Source of the DNA: Enterococcus phage vB_EfaP_Efmus3
Reading direction: 5' to 3' (one strand)
Sequence record: NC_049936.1
DNA: 18,286 nt
Shown: positions 1-7,524 of the stretch, in pieces
Numbering within the stretch: position 1 is the first letter of the stretch
How the letters are laid out: every line of letters starts with the position of its first letter
The notes under the pieces: generated by a model
Databases searched by the model: none
What the model was told of the DNA's origin: nothing
The model's input: only the letters and a program-made list of their open reading frames with translations
Position numbers and translations under genes: made by a program

Positions 1-24
1 CACAAAATGAGACCCCCCTCCCCA

Positions 25-101
25 AATTCTAATGTAATTCTAATAATTCTTAACAAATTCATTTTAATGTGATTCACATATAAATATCATTAAATTCTAA
101 T
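25..101 (+). repeat. Three copies of AATTCTAAT (25-33, 37-45, 93-101) upstream of P1; a fourth copy at 6169-6177 upstream of P2
   Basis: Exact 9-mers. The promoter-proximal copy sits exactly 10 bp 5' of the -35 in both promoter modules. Confidence 0.5.
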
Positions 102-111
102 CAAACTTTAA

Positions 112-140
112 TTGACAATTAGATATATATATTGTATACT
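112..140 (+). promoter_or_regulatory. Early promoter P1: -35 TTGACA (112-117), 17-bp spacer, -10 TATACT (135-140)
   Basis: Near-consensus sigma-A hexamers with exact 17-bp spacing, read directly. Followed by SD AAAGGAGG (155-162) and ATG at 171. The whole 92-170 module recurs at 6168-6246. Confidence 0.6.
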
Positions 141-170
141 TAATTCATAAAGTTAAAGGAGGAAACAAAC

Positions 171-329
171 ATGAAAGTTAGAATTATCAAACCAACACAA
201 GAAGATTTAAAGAAAGGAATTGCATACGGCACAGAATTAGAAATCGTTAGCACAAATTTCGGTTTTATCAACGTTAAGTATTTTGAGGAAGTAGTTCCTT
301 TTCTACCATACCAAATCGAATACATTTAA
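171..329 (+). CDS. Hypothetical small early protein (52 aa)
   Basis: ATG 171 lies 8 nt after SD AAAGGAGG and directly downstream of P1. Runs to TAA 327-329. Preferred over the antisense 140..325 track ORF, which has no SD. Confidence 0.5.
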   Translation: MKVRIIKPTQEDLKKGIAYGTELEIVSTNFGFINVKYFEEVVPFLPYQIEYI

Positions 330-342
330 GGAGGGAAATAAC

Positions 343-957
343 ATGAAATATACAAAGAAAGATATCCATAAGGGCATGAAATTAAAATGTATTAGAAAAA
401 CGTTAACCAGCAGATGGAGTATTGGAAGCATTTATACAACTACCAAAGATAAGTTTGGAAAAATTGTCTTAATTGATGATTGGGGAACCGAATGGGATGC
501 AAATTTAATAAAAGATTTTTTAAATGATTTCGGACATGTATATTTTAAGGAGGAAAACAGCATGCAAGAATTTAAAGTAGGAGATCTAGTAGAGGTATTA
601 AAAAACAATTCACACGCTTATAAAAATAAGAGTGACTTTTTCCAAGTTGGTGATACAGCTGTTGTAATAGAAGTTATGGGTTTTGATGTTAGAATTTGTG
701 AAAAGGGAGCTGGTAATAAATGCTTTGGCAACGTAATCAGTAAACACGAAATCAAAAAAGTAGAACCAGAACTAACAGAATATGAAGAAGAGTTAGTATT
801 ACGTTTAGCAAAATCAATAGAGTTAAAAGATAATTATGTAAAAGAACTAGAAGATTTAAGATATAAAACTTTACAGTTAGAAGAATATCACGAAAAAGTT
901 TCAAAAGAAATTAAAGAAATTTCGAAAAAAACTATTGACAAAATAAACACTAATTGA
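343..957 (+). CDS. Hypothetical early protein (204 aa), two SH3/KOW-like basic halves
   Basis: SD AAGGAGGG 7 nt upstream. An internal strong SD (AAGGAGGAAAACAGC) plus in-frame ATG at 562 suggests a possible nested shorter isoform. Confidence 0.65.
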   Translation: MKYTKKDIHKGMKLKCIRKTLTSRWSIGSIYTTTKDKFGKIVLIDDWGTEWDANLIKDFLNDFGHVYFKEENSMQEFKVGDLVEVLKNNSHAYKNKSDFFQVGDTAVVIEVMGFDVRICEKGAGNKCFGNVISKHEIKKVEPELTEYEEELVLRLAKSIELKDNYVKELEDLRYKTLQLEEYHEKVSKEIKEISKKTIDKINTN

Positions 958-1019
958 TATACTATAAGAGTAGTAAGGATACTACAAAAAATAATTTAAA
1001 CAGTAGAGGAGAATTTATT

Positions 1020-1352
1020 ATGAATTCAGTAACATTATTAGGACGTATCACAAAAGACTTTGAAGGAACAAAAGCACAAAACGAAACTTTAATCGCTCGC
1101 ACTTCACTAGCAATCAACCGACCAAAAAAAGGCGTAGATTTCATTAATATCACAGCATTTAACAAAACAGCAGAAACAATGGGTAAACACATTAAAAAAG
1201 GAGAACGTGTTCTAATCCAAGGACATATTCAAACTGGTTCTTACCAAAACAAAGAAGGTAAAACAATCTACACAACTGAAGTAATCGTAGATCGTTTCGA
1301 ATTTATCGAACAAGCTAAAAAACAAGAAAACACATCAAACGTACCATTCTAA
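1020..1352 (+). CDS. ssb: Single-stranded DNA-binding protein, bacterial SSB-type OB fold (110 aa)
   Basis: The sequence VTLLGRITKDFE…TLIARTSLAINRP…DFINITAF…GERVLIQGHIQTGSYQNKEGK…YTTEVIVDRFEFI matches the canonical SSB OB-fold pattern. The C-terminus ends …NVPF, like the SSB 'DIPF' tip. Start chosen at ATG 1020 (SD AGAGGAGAA), not the track's 954. Confidence 0.8.
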   Translation: MNSVTLLGRITKDFEGTKAQNETLIARTSLAINRPKKGVDFINITAFNKTAETMGKHIKKGERVLIQGHIQTGSYQNKEGKTIYTTEVIVDRFEFIEQAKKQENTSNVPF

Positions 1353-1358
1353 GAACTC

Positions 1359-1382
1359 GGGAGCTTTGCTCCCTTTTCTTTT
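1359..1382 (+). terminator. Intrinsic terminator/attenuator after ssb: GGGAGC-TTT-GCTCCC followed by TTTTCTTTT
   Basis: Perfect 6-bp GC-rich stem, 3-nt loop and T-tract, read directly. No obvious promoter follows, so it probably attenuates rather than fully terminates. Confidence 0.55.
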
Positions 1383-1419
1383 AAATATTAAATGATATAT
1401 ATATCAGGAGGTAACAACA

Positions 1420-1584
1420 ATGACAATATTAGAAAAAATAACTTTATTAATAATCGATATAGCAATAGCTGTTTTAACAAGCTCAATCATTAGCGCTTTA
1501 GCTTTATTCTTACCGTTTAATATATTTATTTTCATTTCAATTTTTATACTAGTTTTAGTAACGACAGTTTGGATTATGTTTTAA
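1420..1584 (+). CDS. Small hydrophobic membrane protein (54 aa, 2 predicted TM helices)
   Basis: SD AGGAGGT 8 nt upstream. The sequence is almost entirely I/L/F/V/A. Its position in the early operon is analogous to the phi29 p1/p16.7 membrane proteins, but that is analogy only. Confidence 0.5.
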   Translation: MTILEKITLLIIDIAIAVLTSSIISALALFLPFNIFIFISIFILVLVTTVWIMF

Positions 1585-1596
1585 GGAGGGTACAAA

Positions 1597-1761
1597 ATGT
1601 ATTATTTAGCAAGATTAGTTAATGGTAAATATGTAGAAATAAACCCGTTTAATTACGAATCTAAAGAATTAGCCGAATTAGATGTCAACAGTTTTAACAT
1701 GTTATTAGAAATGGAGAAAGAAAAAGGAGAATGGAAAGTAGTTAAAATAACAGAAGTTTAA
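1597..1761 (+). CDS. Hypothetical small acidic early protein (54 aa)
   Basis: SD AAGGAGGG 7 nt upstream. Tightly packed between neighbouring genes. Confidence 0.5.
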   Translation: MYYLARLVNGKYVEINPFNYESKELAELDVNSFNMLLEMEKEKGEWKVVKITEV

Positions 1762-1773
1762 GGAGGAAACAAA

Positions 1774-1962
1774 ATGAACCTTGAAGAAGAAACAAAAGAA
1801 ATAGAGACCTATTGCATAGAATATGAAATCAAAGAAAAATATTTCAAAGATGAAATAGAATTATATGAGTTCTTCCAAAGAAACTACAATAAATTTATAT
1901 TAAGAATATTTGAATTAAAAAATGGTTTTTCAGTAACCTACAGAGAGGAAAAATTAAAATGA
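1774..1962 (+). CDS. Hypothetical small acidic early protein (62 aa)
   Basis: SD AAGGAGGAAAC 8 nt upstream. ATGA overlap with the next gene. Confidence 0.55.
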   Translation: MNLEEETKEIETYCIEYEIKEKYFKDEIELYEFFQRNYNKFILRIFELKNGFSVTYREEKLK

Positions 1963-2180
1963 CAGTTCAAAGACCTTACATTATAAAAACGGCAAGACTA
2001 GTTAAAAAATACAGTTCAGAAAGACACAAAGATGTTTTAGCTTATGAAACACACGAAACAGAGATATACGCTTTTAATTTAAAAGATGCTTTAGAATGTT
2101 TTGAGACTTATTTATTAATAGATAAAGAAATATTATTAAGTATAAAACTAAGAAATGAGGAGGTTTACGATGAAATCTAA
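1959..2180 (+). CDS. Hypothetical early protein (73 aa)
   Basis: ATGA-coupled to the upstream ORF. Overlaps the next gene by 11 nt. Confidence 0.5.
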   Translation: MTVQRPYIIKTARLVKKYSSERHKDVLAYETHETEIYAFNLKDALECFETYLLIDKEILLSIKLRNEEVYDEI

Positions 2181-2592
2181 AAGTAAACTAAAATACAAAT
2201 TCACGTTTAATAAACAATTATATGGTGACATTGCTGATGAAGCACAAGCGAAACTAGACAGATTACATTTCGTTACACAGCAACGAGGTGACAGGTTCCC
2301 TAAAATGGGTGCTATCTCATTAAATGAAGCAATGAACCTAGTAGAGGGAACTTGGTCAAGAGCTTTAGATACGTTAATCAATTATTTATCAATGAGTCTT
2401 TCAGAGGTAAACCAGCACAAACTAGCAAGCACGAAACGTTTCATCGGTGACAAGATCGCTCAGAATGCAACATCAATTCCGAATCTAATGCTCGTAGTTG
2501 TTGAATACGCACAAAAATTTGAAAGTCAAACAAAGAAAGATAAAAATCGTCGCTTTTCAATTATAGCATATCAGGAGGGTTACAATGGTTAA
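2170..2592 (+). CDS. Hypothetical basic early protein (140 aa); candidate DNA-binding or terminal-protein-like
   Basis: SD GAGGAGG 7 nt before ATG 2170, so the track's 2155 start is rejected. Lies two genes upstream of pol. Lys/Arg-rich. Confidence 0.55.
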   Translation: MKSKSKLKYKFTFNKQLYGDIADEAQAKLDRLHFVTQQRGDRFPKMGAISLNEAMNLVEGTWSRALDTLINYLSMSLSEVNQHKLASTKRFIGDKIAQNATSIPNLMLVVVEYAQKFESQTKKDKNRRFSIIAYQEGYNG

Positions 2593-3826
2593 GAATCCAT
2601 TTAAAAAGACACCAGAAGAAAAGTTATTACAGTTTATTGATAAATTCAGGAAAGAAAACATTCCGAAAGACTTTAACCAAGTAGCAGGTTTAGAAATGCT
2701 AACCAATAAAGATATAGACTACATTGTTTCAATTTCATCACGTACCGATGGTAAAAGCTTCAACTATTTAGGAGGTTTGGCAGCTATATCAATCGAATTT
2801 AATTTAAAAATATGTTTATTGGTACGACATTTCACCATGAGACAATCTTATATGGAACTACTTTGGGAGATATTCGATGTTATGCCGTATTTTGATGTTA
2901 AACTATTAGATTTTGAAAGAGGAGACTCATACACAAATGTAGAATATGACGGTAAGGTAATAGCAACAATTGCAGACATTAATAAAAGTACAGATTTAAA
3001 AAACTATTCAACATTTCTAAAAAAGTTTCCTATAATTGTTTATGATGAGTTCATTACATTAGAAACAGATTACGTACCACAAGAAGAATTACATTTTGCA
3101 CGTATTTACACATCAATAGATCGTTGGGATGACCCTATCCCTTACATTGGTACACCAAAAGTATTTTTACTAGGAAATCCCGAAAACTTTGCTAGCCCTT
3201 TAATGGGTCTATTAGATGTTTACAACGTGTTAGAAACACACCCGATTAACACAGGTGCATGTTATGACATCGTGTATTTAGAAATGTTCAGAAACGAAAA
3301 TCAAAACGCTAAACGTAATAGTAGAGCTTTGAAACATTTAGATAATCCCGCTCAAAGTGGTGATTTTAACTTCAATAACACATACATTGCAACAGAAGCA
3401 GTTAGAACAAGAATAAGGCAAGGAGGTTTTAATTATTTCTTTATTAAATTAGAAACTGGATTTCTTAAAGTAATGTTTAATCTAGTAACAAAAGAGACCT
3501 TACTATCGTACAAGGTTAACTCTAAAGAATATGACTATTGTACAGAAGTAGCTGACATTAAACCAGATTCTACTTACTTAAAAGAAACTTATTATAAAGA
3601 AAGTCATTATAAATATCACGAAAAAGGTAAATACTGGTATGATAATGCCTACACAAAAACATTATTAACAAGAGATCCTCAATTGATTCAATTGAAGATT
3701 TGGCGTTGTGTTAGCGAATATAGAGTTCAACACCCTCTAACAGTTCCAGAGAGAGTTGAAAAGGAATACAAACAAGTTTACGAAGAACAAACATTAAAAG
3801 CAATATACAAAAGATTTTTCAGTTAG
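2585..3826 (+). CDS. DNA encapsidation (packaging) ATPase, phi29 gp16-like (413 aa)
   Basis: Walker A-like SSRTDGKSF (~2735-2760) and Walker B IIVYDEF (~3030-3050). Immediately upstream of pol, as in 44AHJD/P68-type genomes. SD AGGAGGG. Confidence 0.75.
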   Translation: MVKNPFKKTPEEKLLQFIDKFRKENIPKDFNQVAGLEMLTNKDIDYIVSISSRTDGKSFNYLGGLAAISIEFNLKICLLVRHFTMRQSYMELLWEIFDVMPYFDVKLLDFERGDSYTNVEYDGKVIATIADINKSTDLKNYSTFLKKFPIIVYDEFITLETDYVPQEELHFARIYTSIDRWDDPIPYIGTPKVFLLGNPENFASPLMGLLDVYNVLETHPINTGACYDIVYLEMFRNENQNAKRNSRALKHLDNPAQSGDFNFNNTYIATEAVRTRIRQGGFNYFFIKLETGFLKVMFNLVTKETLLSYKVNSKEYDYCTEVADIKPDSTYLKETYYKESHYKYHEKGKYWYDNAYTKTLLTRDPQLIQLKIWRCVSEYRVQHPLTVPERVEKEYKQVYEEQTLKAIYKRFFS

Positions 3827-3838
3827 GAGTTTTTACAC

Positions 3839-6187
3839 ATGAATGCATTACTAGAACACGCGAAATGGTTAGACGGAACAACATTCGAAGATTTTGAAAG
3901 ATACGTAAAACAACGTAAAATACACCAATTTGATTGTGACATTGAAACATTTTCTTATAATATGGTTTGGCAGAAACAAGCACCCAAAAGAATGAAGTCA
4001 AGAATGTTTACTTTTTGTGCTAGCTGGTATGAAAAAGGAGTTATCTACACCGTAGCTTTTCCAGATTTCAGATATTTCTTTGACGCTTATCATTATTATG
4101 CAAAACACTGTAATAAGAAAAAAGGTGAACCAAACAACAAACGTCTTAAAATGTATTTACACAATGGTAACAAGTTCGATAACCACTTTATTGCTAAAAT
4201 GATTCATGATGTTTACAACGCCGATTATTACAACATGCAAGACGAAAAAAGTGAAGTCACTCAAAAGGTGGCTTCTCATATGTCTTTAAAAGAACAAGAA
4301 AATAACTATATTTTAGAAAAACGTGTTAAAGGTATTAGTCACTTATCTTTTTCTGGTAAAGTTAGAGATGTTATTATAGAAGTAGAGGACACTGTAATGA
4401 AAACAGGTTGTTCATTGGCTGTTTGTGGCACTATGTTAGAAGCAGGAGGATTTTTAACGAAAGAACAATTAAAAACAACGTTTGATTATGAAAAATATCA
4501 CTATCAAGAAAACATGTCCGATGAAAAAGCTCAAAAAGTAGCTATGGATCTTTACTATCAACTTTCAGAAGAAGAATGGACTTATATCCAAAATGACACA
4601 ATTATTCTTTCAAGTTTGAGAATGAATTTCTCTAGTGTTTTTATGGGGTTTGATTTTAAAAAAGCAACAAAAACACAAAACATTATCAATGCTTACACTG
4701 TTAATAATTTAGCAAGGTATCAGATTCTAGGTAAAGTAATTACCAAAGAGGGTGTTAAAACAAAAACTCATTCAATTAACTATAGTGATTATTCTGTTAA
4801 TGGTGAAAACTTTGCAACAATTATTCAAAAGTTTTATAAAGGTGGTTTGAACTTCTACAATCAAGATTATTTAGCTAAACTAATCACAGAAGAAATGATA
4901 AGTTTTGATATCAATAGTTCTTATCCATCTATCATGTATGAATTTGCTTTACCTCACATTTTAATTGATTACTGCGAAGAGAAAGAAACAGTGAATATAA
5001 ATACTGATATAGATAAACAATTCATGTTATATCGTGTTAAGAAAACAACTTTCAATAGAATTATGTCTCAATTAGATACTAGAGTCGGTAGACAAATGTT
5101 AGTAAAATATTTCAGAACTGTTGAGGATGAAGATGTTTATTTGACAAGTTGGACATTCAAAATGTTAAAAGAGAATTTTAATTTAAATATCGAACGATTA
5201 ACAGTTGAGCAGTGGTATAAGTTCAGCGTAAAACCTTTTGGAGGGATTGAAAAATTAATTGAATTCTACTACACAAAAACACAAGGTAAATCAAAAACAT
5301 TGGTAGAATTTAAAGACAACAACCCAACAAATATTATTTTCACCGATAAACCTAGTAAACGTGTATTCACTAAACCAGAAATAGACATTTCAAAAGTTAA
5401 CTTAAACGGTATCTACGGAGCTCCAGCACTTAGACCAACTTATTCTATTGGGTATCGTGATGAGGATAACGAGTTACATCTAGAAAGAAACGCTTTTCAT
5501 AACACCGAAAGAAATGCGCTAACTTCTGTTTTTACAACTGGTGGAGCTTTATGGCGCTTAACACAACCCTTTAAATATTTAACAGGTAAAGAGATAGATA
5601 AGTGGTTTGTTTATTGTGATACGGATAGTCTTTATATGATTAAAAAATGTTTCAGCAAGCTGCCAAAAGAAATGTTTCACCCAGCAAATTTAGGTAGCTG
5701 GGATGTTGAACACGAAACAATTGAAAAGTTCTATGTTTTAAATCACAAGAAATATGCTTATTATGCCGAAAATGAAATACAATTTCGTTGCGGTGGAGTG
5801 CCGTTGGATAGCTTTGATAATAACATGAGTTTCGAAAAATTTATAGAAACACAATTCTCAAAAGGTGCTAAAGTAGCAAATAAACGGGGGATCTACACAC
5901 ATGAAGGAACTGTTGTTATTTATGATTCAGTGACTGAATTAGATGAAGGAAACACCTACCCTGAATTTTATCTACCAGAAGATGAAAAAGAATTTAGTAA
6001 AATGATTGATTTAGCTAGAGAAGAATTGAAAGATGAAGATGATAGCGACATTCTTTATTTAGAAAGTGACTTAGGAACCTTGGCTATAAAAGATCTTTGG
6101 CAATACGAATATGAAGAAACAAGTAAAGATATTTGGGATTTAGTTGTAGATTCACGAGAAATTAACAAAATTCTAATTGAAAATTAA
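3839..6187 (+). CDS. Protein-primed family-B DNA polymerase (782 aa)
   Basis: Exo I FDCDIET (aa 31-37), Exo II YLHNGNKFD (aa 106-114), Exo III YIQNDTIIL (aa 249-257), motif A DINSSYPS, motif B KVNLNGIYG, motif C YCDTDS (~5612-5629), KxY HKKYAYY. About 200 aa longer than phi29 pol, with an acidic C-terminal tail. Confidence 0.95.
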   Translation: MNALLEHAKWLDGTTFEDFERYVKQRKIHQFDCDIETFSYNMVWQKQAPKRMKSRMFTFCASWYEKGVIYTVAFPDFRYFFDAYHYYAKHCNKKKGEPNNKRLKMYLHNGNKFDNHFIAKMIHDVYNADYYNMQDEKSEVTQKVASHMSLKEQENNYILEKRVKGISHLSFSGKVRDVIIEVEDTVMKTGCSLAVCGTMLEAGGFLTKEQLKTTFDYEKYHYQENMSDEKAQKVAMDLYYQLSEEEWTYIQNDTIILSSLRMNFSSVFMGFDFKKATKTQNIINAYTVNNLARYQILGKVITKEGVKTKTHSINYSDYSVNGENFATIIQKFYKGGLNFYNQDYLAKLITEEMISFDINSSYPSIMYEFALPHILIDYCEEKETVNINTDIDKQFMLYRVKKTTFNRIMSQLDTRVGRQMLVKYFRTVEDEDVYLTSWTFKMLKENFNLNIERLTVEQWYKFSVKPFGGIEKLIEFYYTKTQGKSKTLVEFKDNNPTNIIFTDKPSKRVFTKPEIDISKVNLNGIYGAPALRPTYSIGYRDEDNELHLERNAFHNTERNALTSVFTTGGALWRLTQPFKYLTGKEIDKWFVYCDTDSLYMIKKCFSKLPKEMFHPANLGSWDVEHETIEKFYVLNHKKYAYYAENEIQFRCGGVPLDSFDNNMSFEKFIETQFSKGAKVANKRGIYTHEGTVVIYDSVTELDEGNTYPEFYLPEDEKEFSKMIDLAREELKDEDDSDILYLESDLGTLAIKDLWQYEYEETSKDIWDLVVDSREINKILIEN

Positions 6188-6216
6188 TTGATAATTAGAT
6201 ATATATATTATATACT
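6168..6216 (+). promoter_or_regulatory. Early promoter P2 with upstream AATTCTAAT element: -35 TTGATA (6188-6193), 17-bp spacer, -10 TATACT (6211-6216)
   Basis: About 88% identical copy of the 92-170 module, including AATTCTAAT exactly 10 bp upstream of the -35. The element overlaps the last pol codons. SD AAGGGAGG and ATG 6247 follow. Confidence 0.6.
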
Positions 6217-6246
6217 TATTTCATAAGTTTAAGGGAGGAATTAATC

Positions 6247-6417
6247 ATGTTATTATCATTTTTAAGAGAAGAATCAGAAGGTCACTATTTTATCGATTTA
6301 AACTACAATGTTTATCTTTATAAACCAAGAGATCCAAGAGTAAGCTTTGTAAAATTTGTAAGTATTGAAAGAAGCACATTAGAAATGTATGGAAAAGTAA
6401 CGGAGGTAGAAGCATAA
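6247..6417 (+). CDS. Hypothetical small early protein (56 aa)
   Basis: First ORF after P2, SD AAGGGAGG 8 nt upstream. Its 3' end is paralogous to the 3' end of the next gene. Confidence 0.5.
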   Translation: MLLSFLREESEGHYFIDLNYNVYLYKPRDPRVSFVKFVSIERSTLEMYGKVTEVEA

Positions 6418-6626
6418 TGTTAAGAGAAAAAGAATGTCATTTAAAACCAAGAATTTATAAGGTAGATTATTTACTAATTTATAACAATGGTACAGTTGAA
6501 GAAAATTCACTGTATTACGAAGGAGAATCAACTAGTGATGTACAACATAAATGGTTAGATATATATCAAGATTATCAATTTGTTAAATTTGTTAGATGTA
6601 CGGAGGTACCAATTCAATGGAATTAA
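6417..6626 (+). CDS. Hypothetical small early protein (69 aa), paralog of the preceding gene
   Basis: TAATG overlap and SD ACGGAGGTA. Shares …FVKFV…TEV… with the preceding gene; the duplicated nucleotide block TTTGTWAAATTTGTWAG…ACGGAGGTA is read directly. Confidence 0.5.
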   Translation: MLREKECHLKPRIYKVDYLLIYNNGTVEENSLYYEGESTSDVQHKWLDIYQDYQFVKFVRCTEVPIQWN

Positions 6627-6790
6627 ACTATTATGAGATTCAGGTATATAACGAAAGAACACACGATTTTGATATTTTTATTGTAATGGCTTCTGATATG
6701 ACAGGAGCTAGAATAGAGTTTTATAAATGTTTTAGAGAAACCACACATGACTTGTATAACATGATTACTAAGAAATTGGAGGGGATTTAA
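6617..6790 (+). CDS. Hypothetical small early protein (57 aa)
   Basis: ATG 6617 lies 8 nt after GGAGGT, so the track's 6596 start is rejected. Stop TAA abuts the next ATG. Confidence 0.5.
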   Translation: MELNYYEIQVYNERTHDFDIFIVMASDMTGARIEFYKCFRETTHDLYNMITKKLEGI

Positions 6791-7024
6791 ATGGAATTAA
6801 CAAGAGAAGAATTTTTAAATGAATATTGGAGAGCAGTCAAACAAATTTGTAAAGAAATGGATGTACCTTTCAATAAAGCTGTTGGAAATAACGCTTATCT
6901 ATGTGAAAAAGGTGTGTATAATCCTACGGTTATCAAAGAAAGACAAATAGCTAAAAACTTAGGGATAAGTTACACAATTTTAATTGATTATTTATATTAT
7001 TTTTTACCGGAGGGTTTGCAATGA
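6791..7024 (+). CDS. Small helix-turn-helix protein (77 aa), candidate transcriptional regulator
   Basis: SD GGAGGGG. The C-terminal stretch RQIAKNLGISYTILIDYL has an HTH-like character. Sits at the early/late boundary. Confidence 0.5.
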   Translation: MELTREEFLNEYWRAVKQICKEMDVPFNKAVGNNAYLCEKGVYNPTVIKERQIAKNLGISYTILIDYLYYFLPEGLQ

Positions 7025-7524
7025 ATGTTATCGAATGGAGAATTATACCAGACTTCCCTAACTATGCCGTTAATATTAAAGGTGAGATATTAAATATTAA
7101 AACACATCGAAAATTAAAAGAACGTTCACACAACCAAGGGTATAAAAAAGTAATGTTATCAAACAATGGAAAAACAAAACAATTCTATATCCATCGTTTG
7201 GTAGCTCAAGCCTTTATCCCTAACCCAGCTAATTTAGAATATGTAAATCATATTGACGAAAATAAAGACAACAACCACGTATCTAACCTTGAATGGATTT
7301 CAGCTAGAAATAACGTTATTTACTCCATATCTAACGTATACGAAGCTTTGAGACCTGACGGGTATAAAGTATCATTCTTAGGACATGGTGAACTTAAAAC
7401 AGCTGGATTTAACCCAAAACTAGTTGAATGTGTGGCAAACAACGAAAAATTAGAGTATCGTGGATACCAATGGCTTAAAGTTGGTACTAAAGCAGAAATA
7501 AGAAAGGGTGTTGCTAATGCCTAG
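7021..7524 (+). CDS. HNH homing endonuclease (NUMOD4-like N-terminus + HNH_3)
   Basis: WRIIPDFPNYAVNIKGEILN…GYKKVML…IHRLVAQAFIPNP…VNHIDENKDNNHVSNLEWIS matches the I-HmuI-type HNH family signature. Overlaps its neighbours (ATGA upstream, 8 nt downstream). Confidence 0.8.
   Translation: MNVIEWRIIPDFPNYAVNIKGEILNIKTHRKLKERSHNQGYKKVMLSNNGKTKQFYIHRLVAQAFIPNPANLEYVNHIDENKDNNHVSNLEWISARNNVIYSISNVYEALRPDGYKVSFLGHGELKTAGFNPKLVECVANNEKLEYRGYQWLKVGTKAEIRKGVANA

Noticed and set aside
140-325. 61-aa minus-strand ORF in the track
   Set aside because: Antisense to an SD-led plus-strand ORF (171-329) sitting right after promoter P1. It has no SD of its own.
954-1019. N-terminal extension of SSB from ATG 954 (track start)
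   Set aside because: ATG 1020 has a proper SD (AGAGGAGAA) and the OB fold begins there. The 954 start overlaps the upstream gene's stop, has no SD, and adds a non-conserved 22-aa leader.
962-1192. 76-aa minus-strand ORF
   Set aside because: Lies antisense inside the well-supported ssb gene. Hydrophobic low-complexity translation typical of shadow ORFs in AT-rich DNA.
1386-1419. Possible promoter reusing the GATATATATAT core downstream of the ssb terminator
   Set aside because: No acceptable -35 at 16-18 bp spacing (best TTCTTT). Read-through or attenuation is the more likely explanation.
2148-2381. 77-aa minus-strand ORF
   Set aside because: Antisense to the SD-supported 2170-2592 gene. 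No RBS.
3819-4001. 60-aa minus-strand ORF
   Set aside because: Antisense to the pol 5' end.
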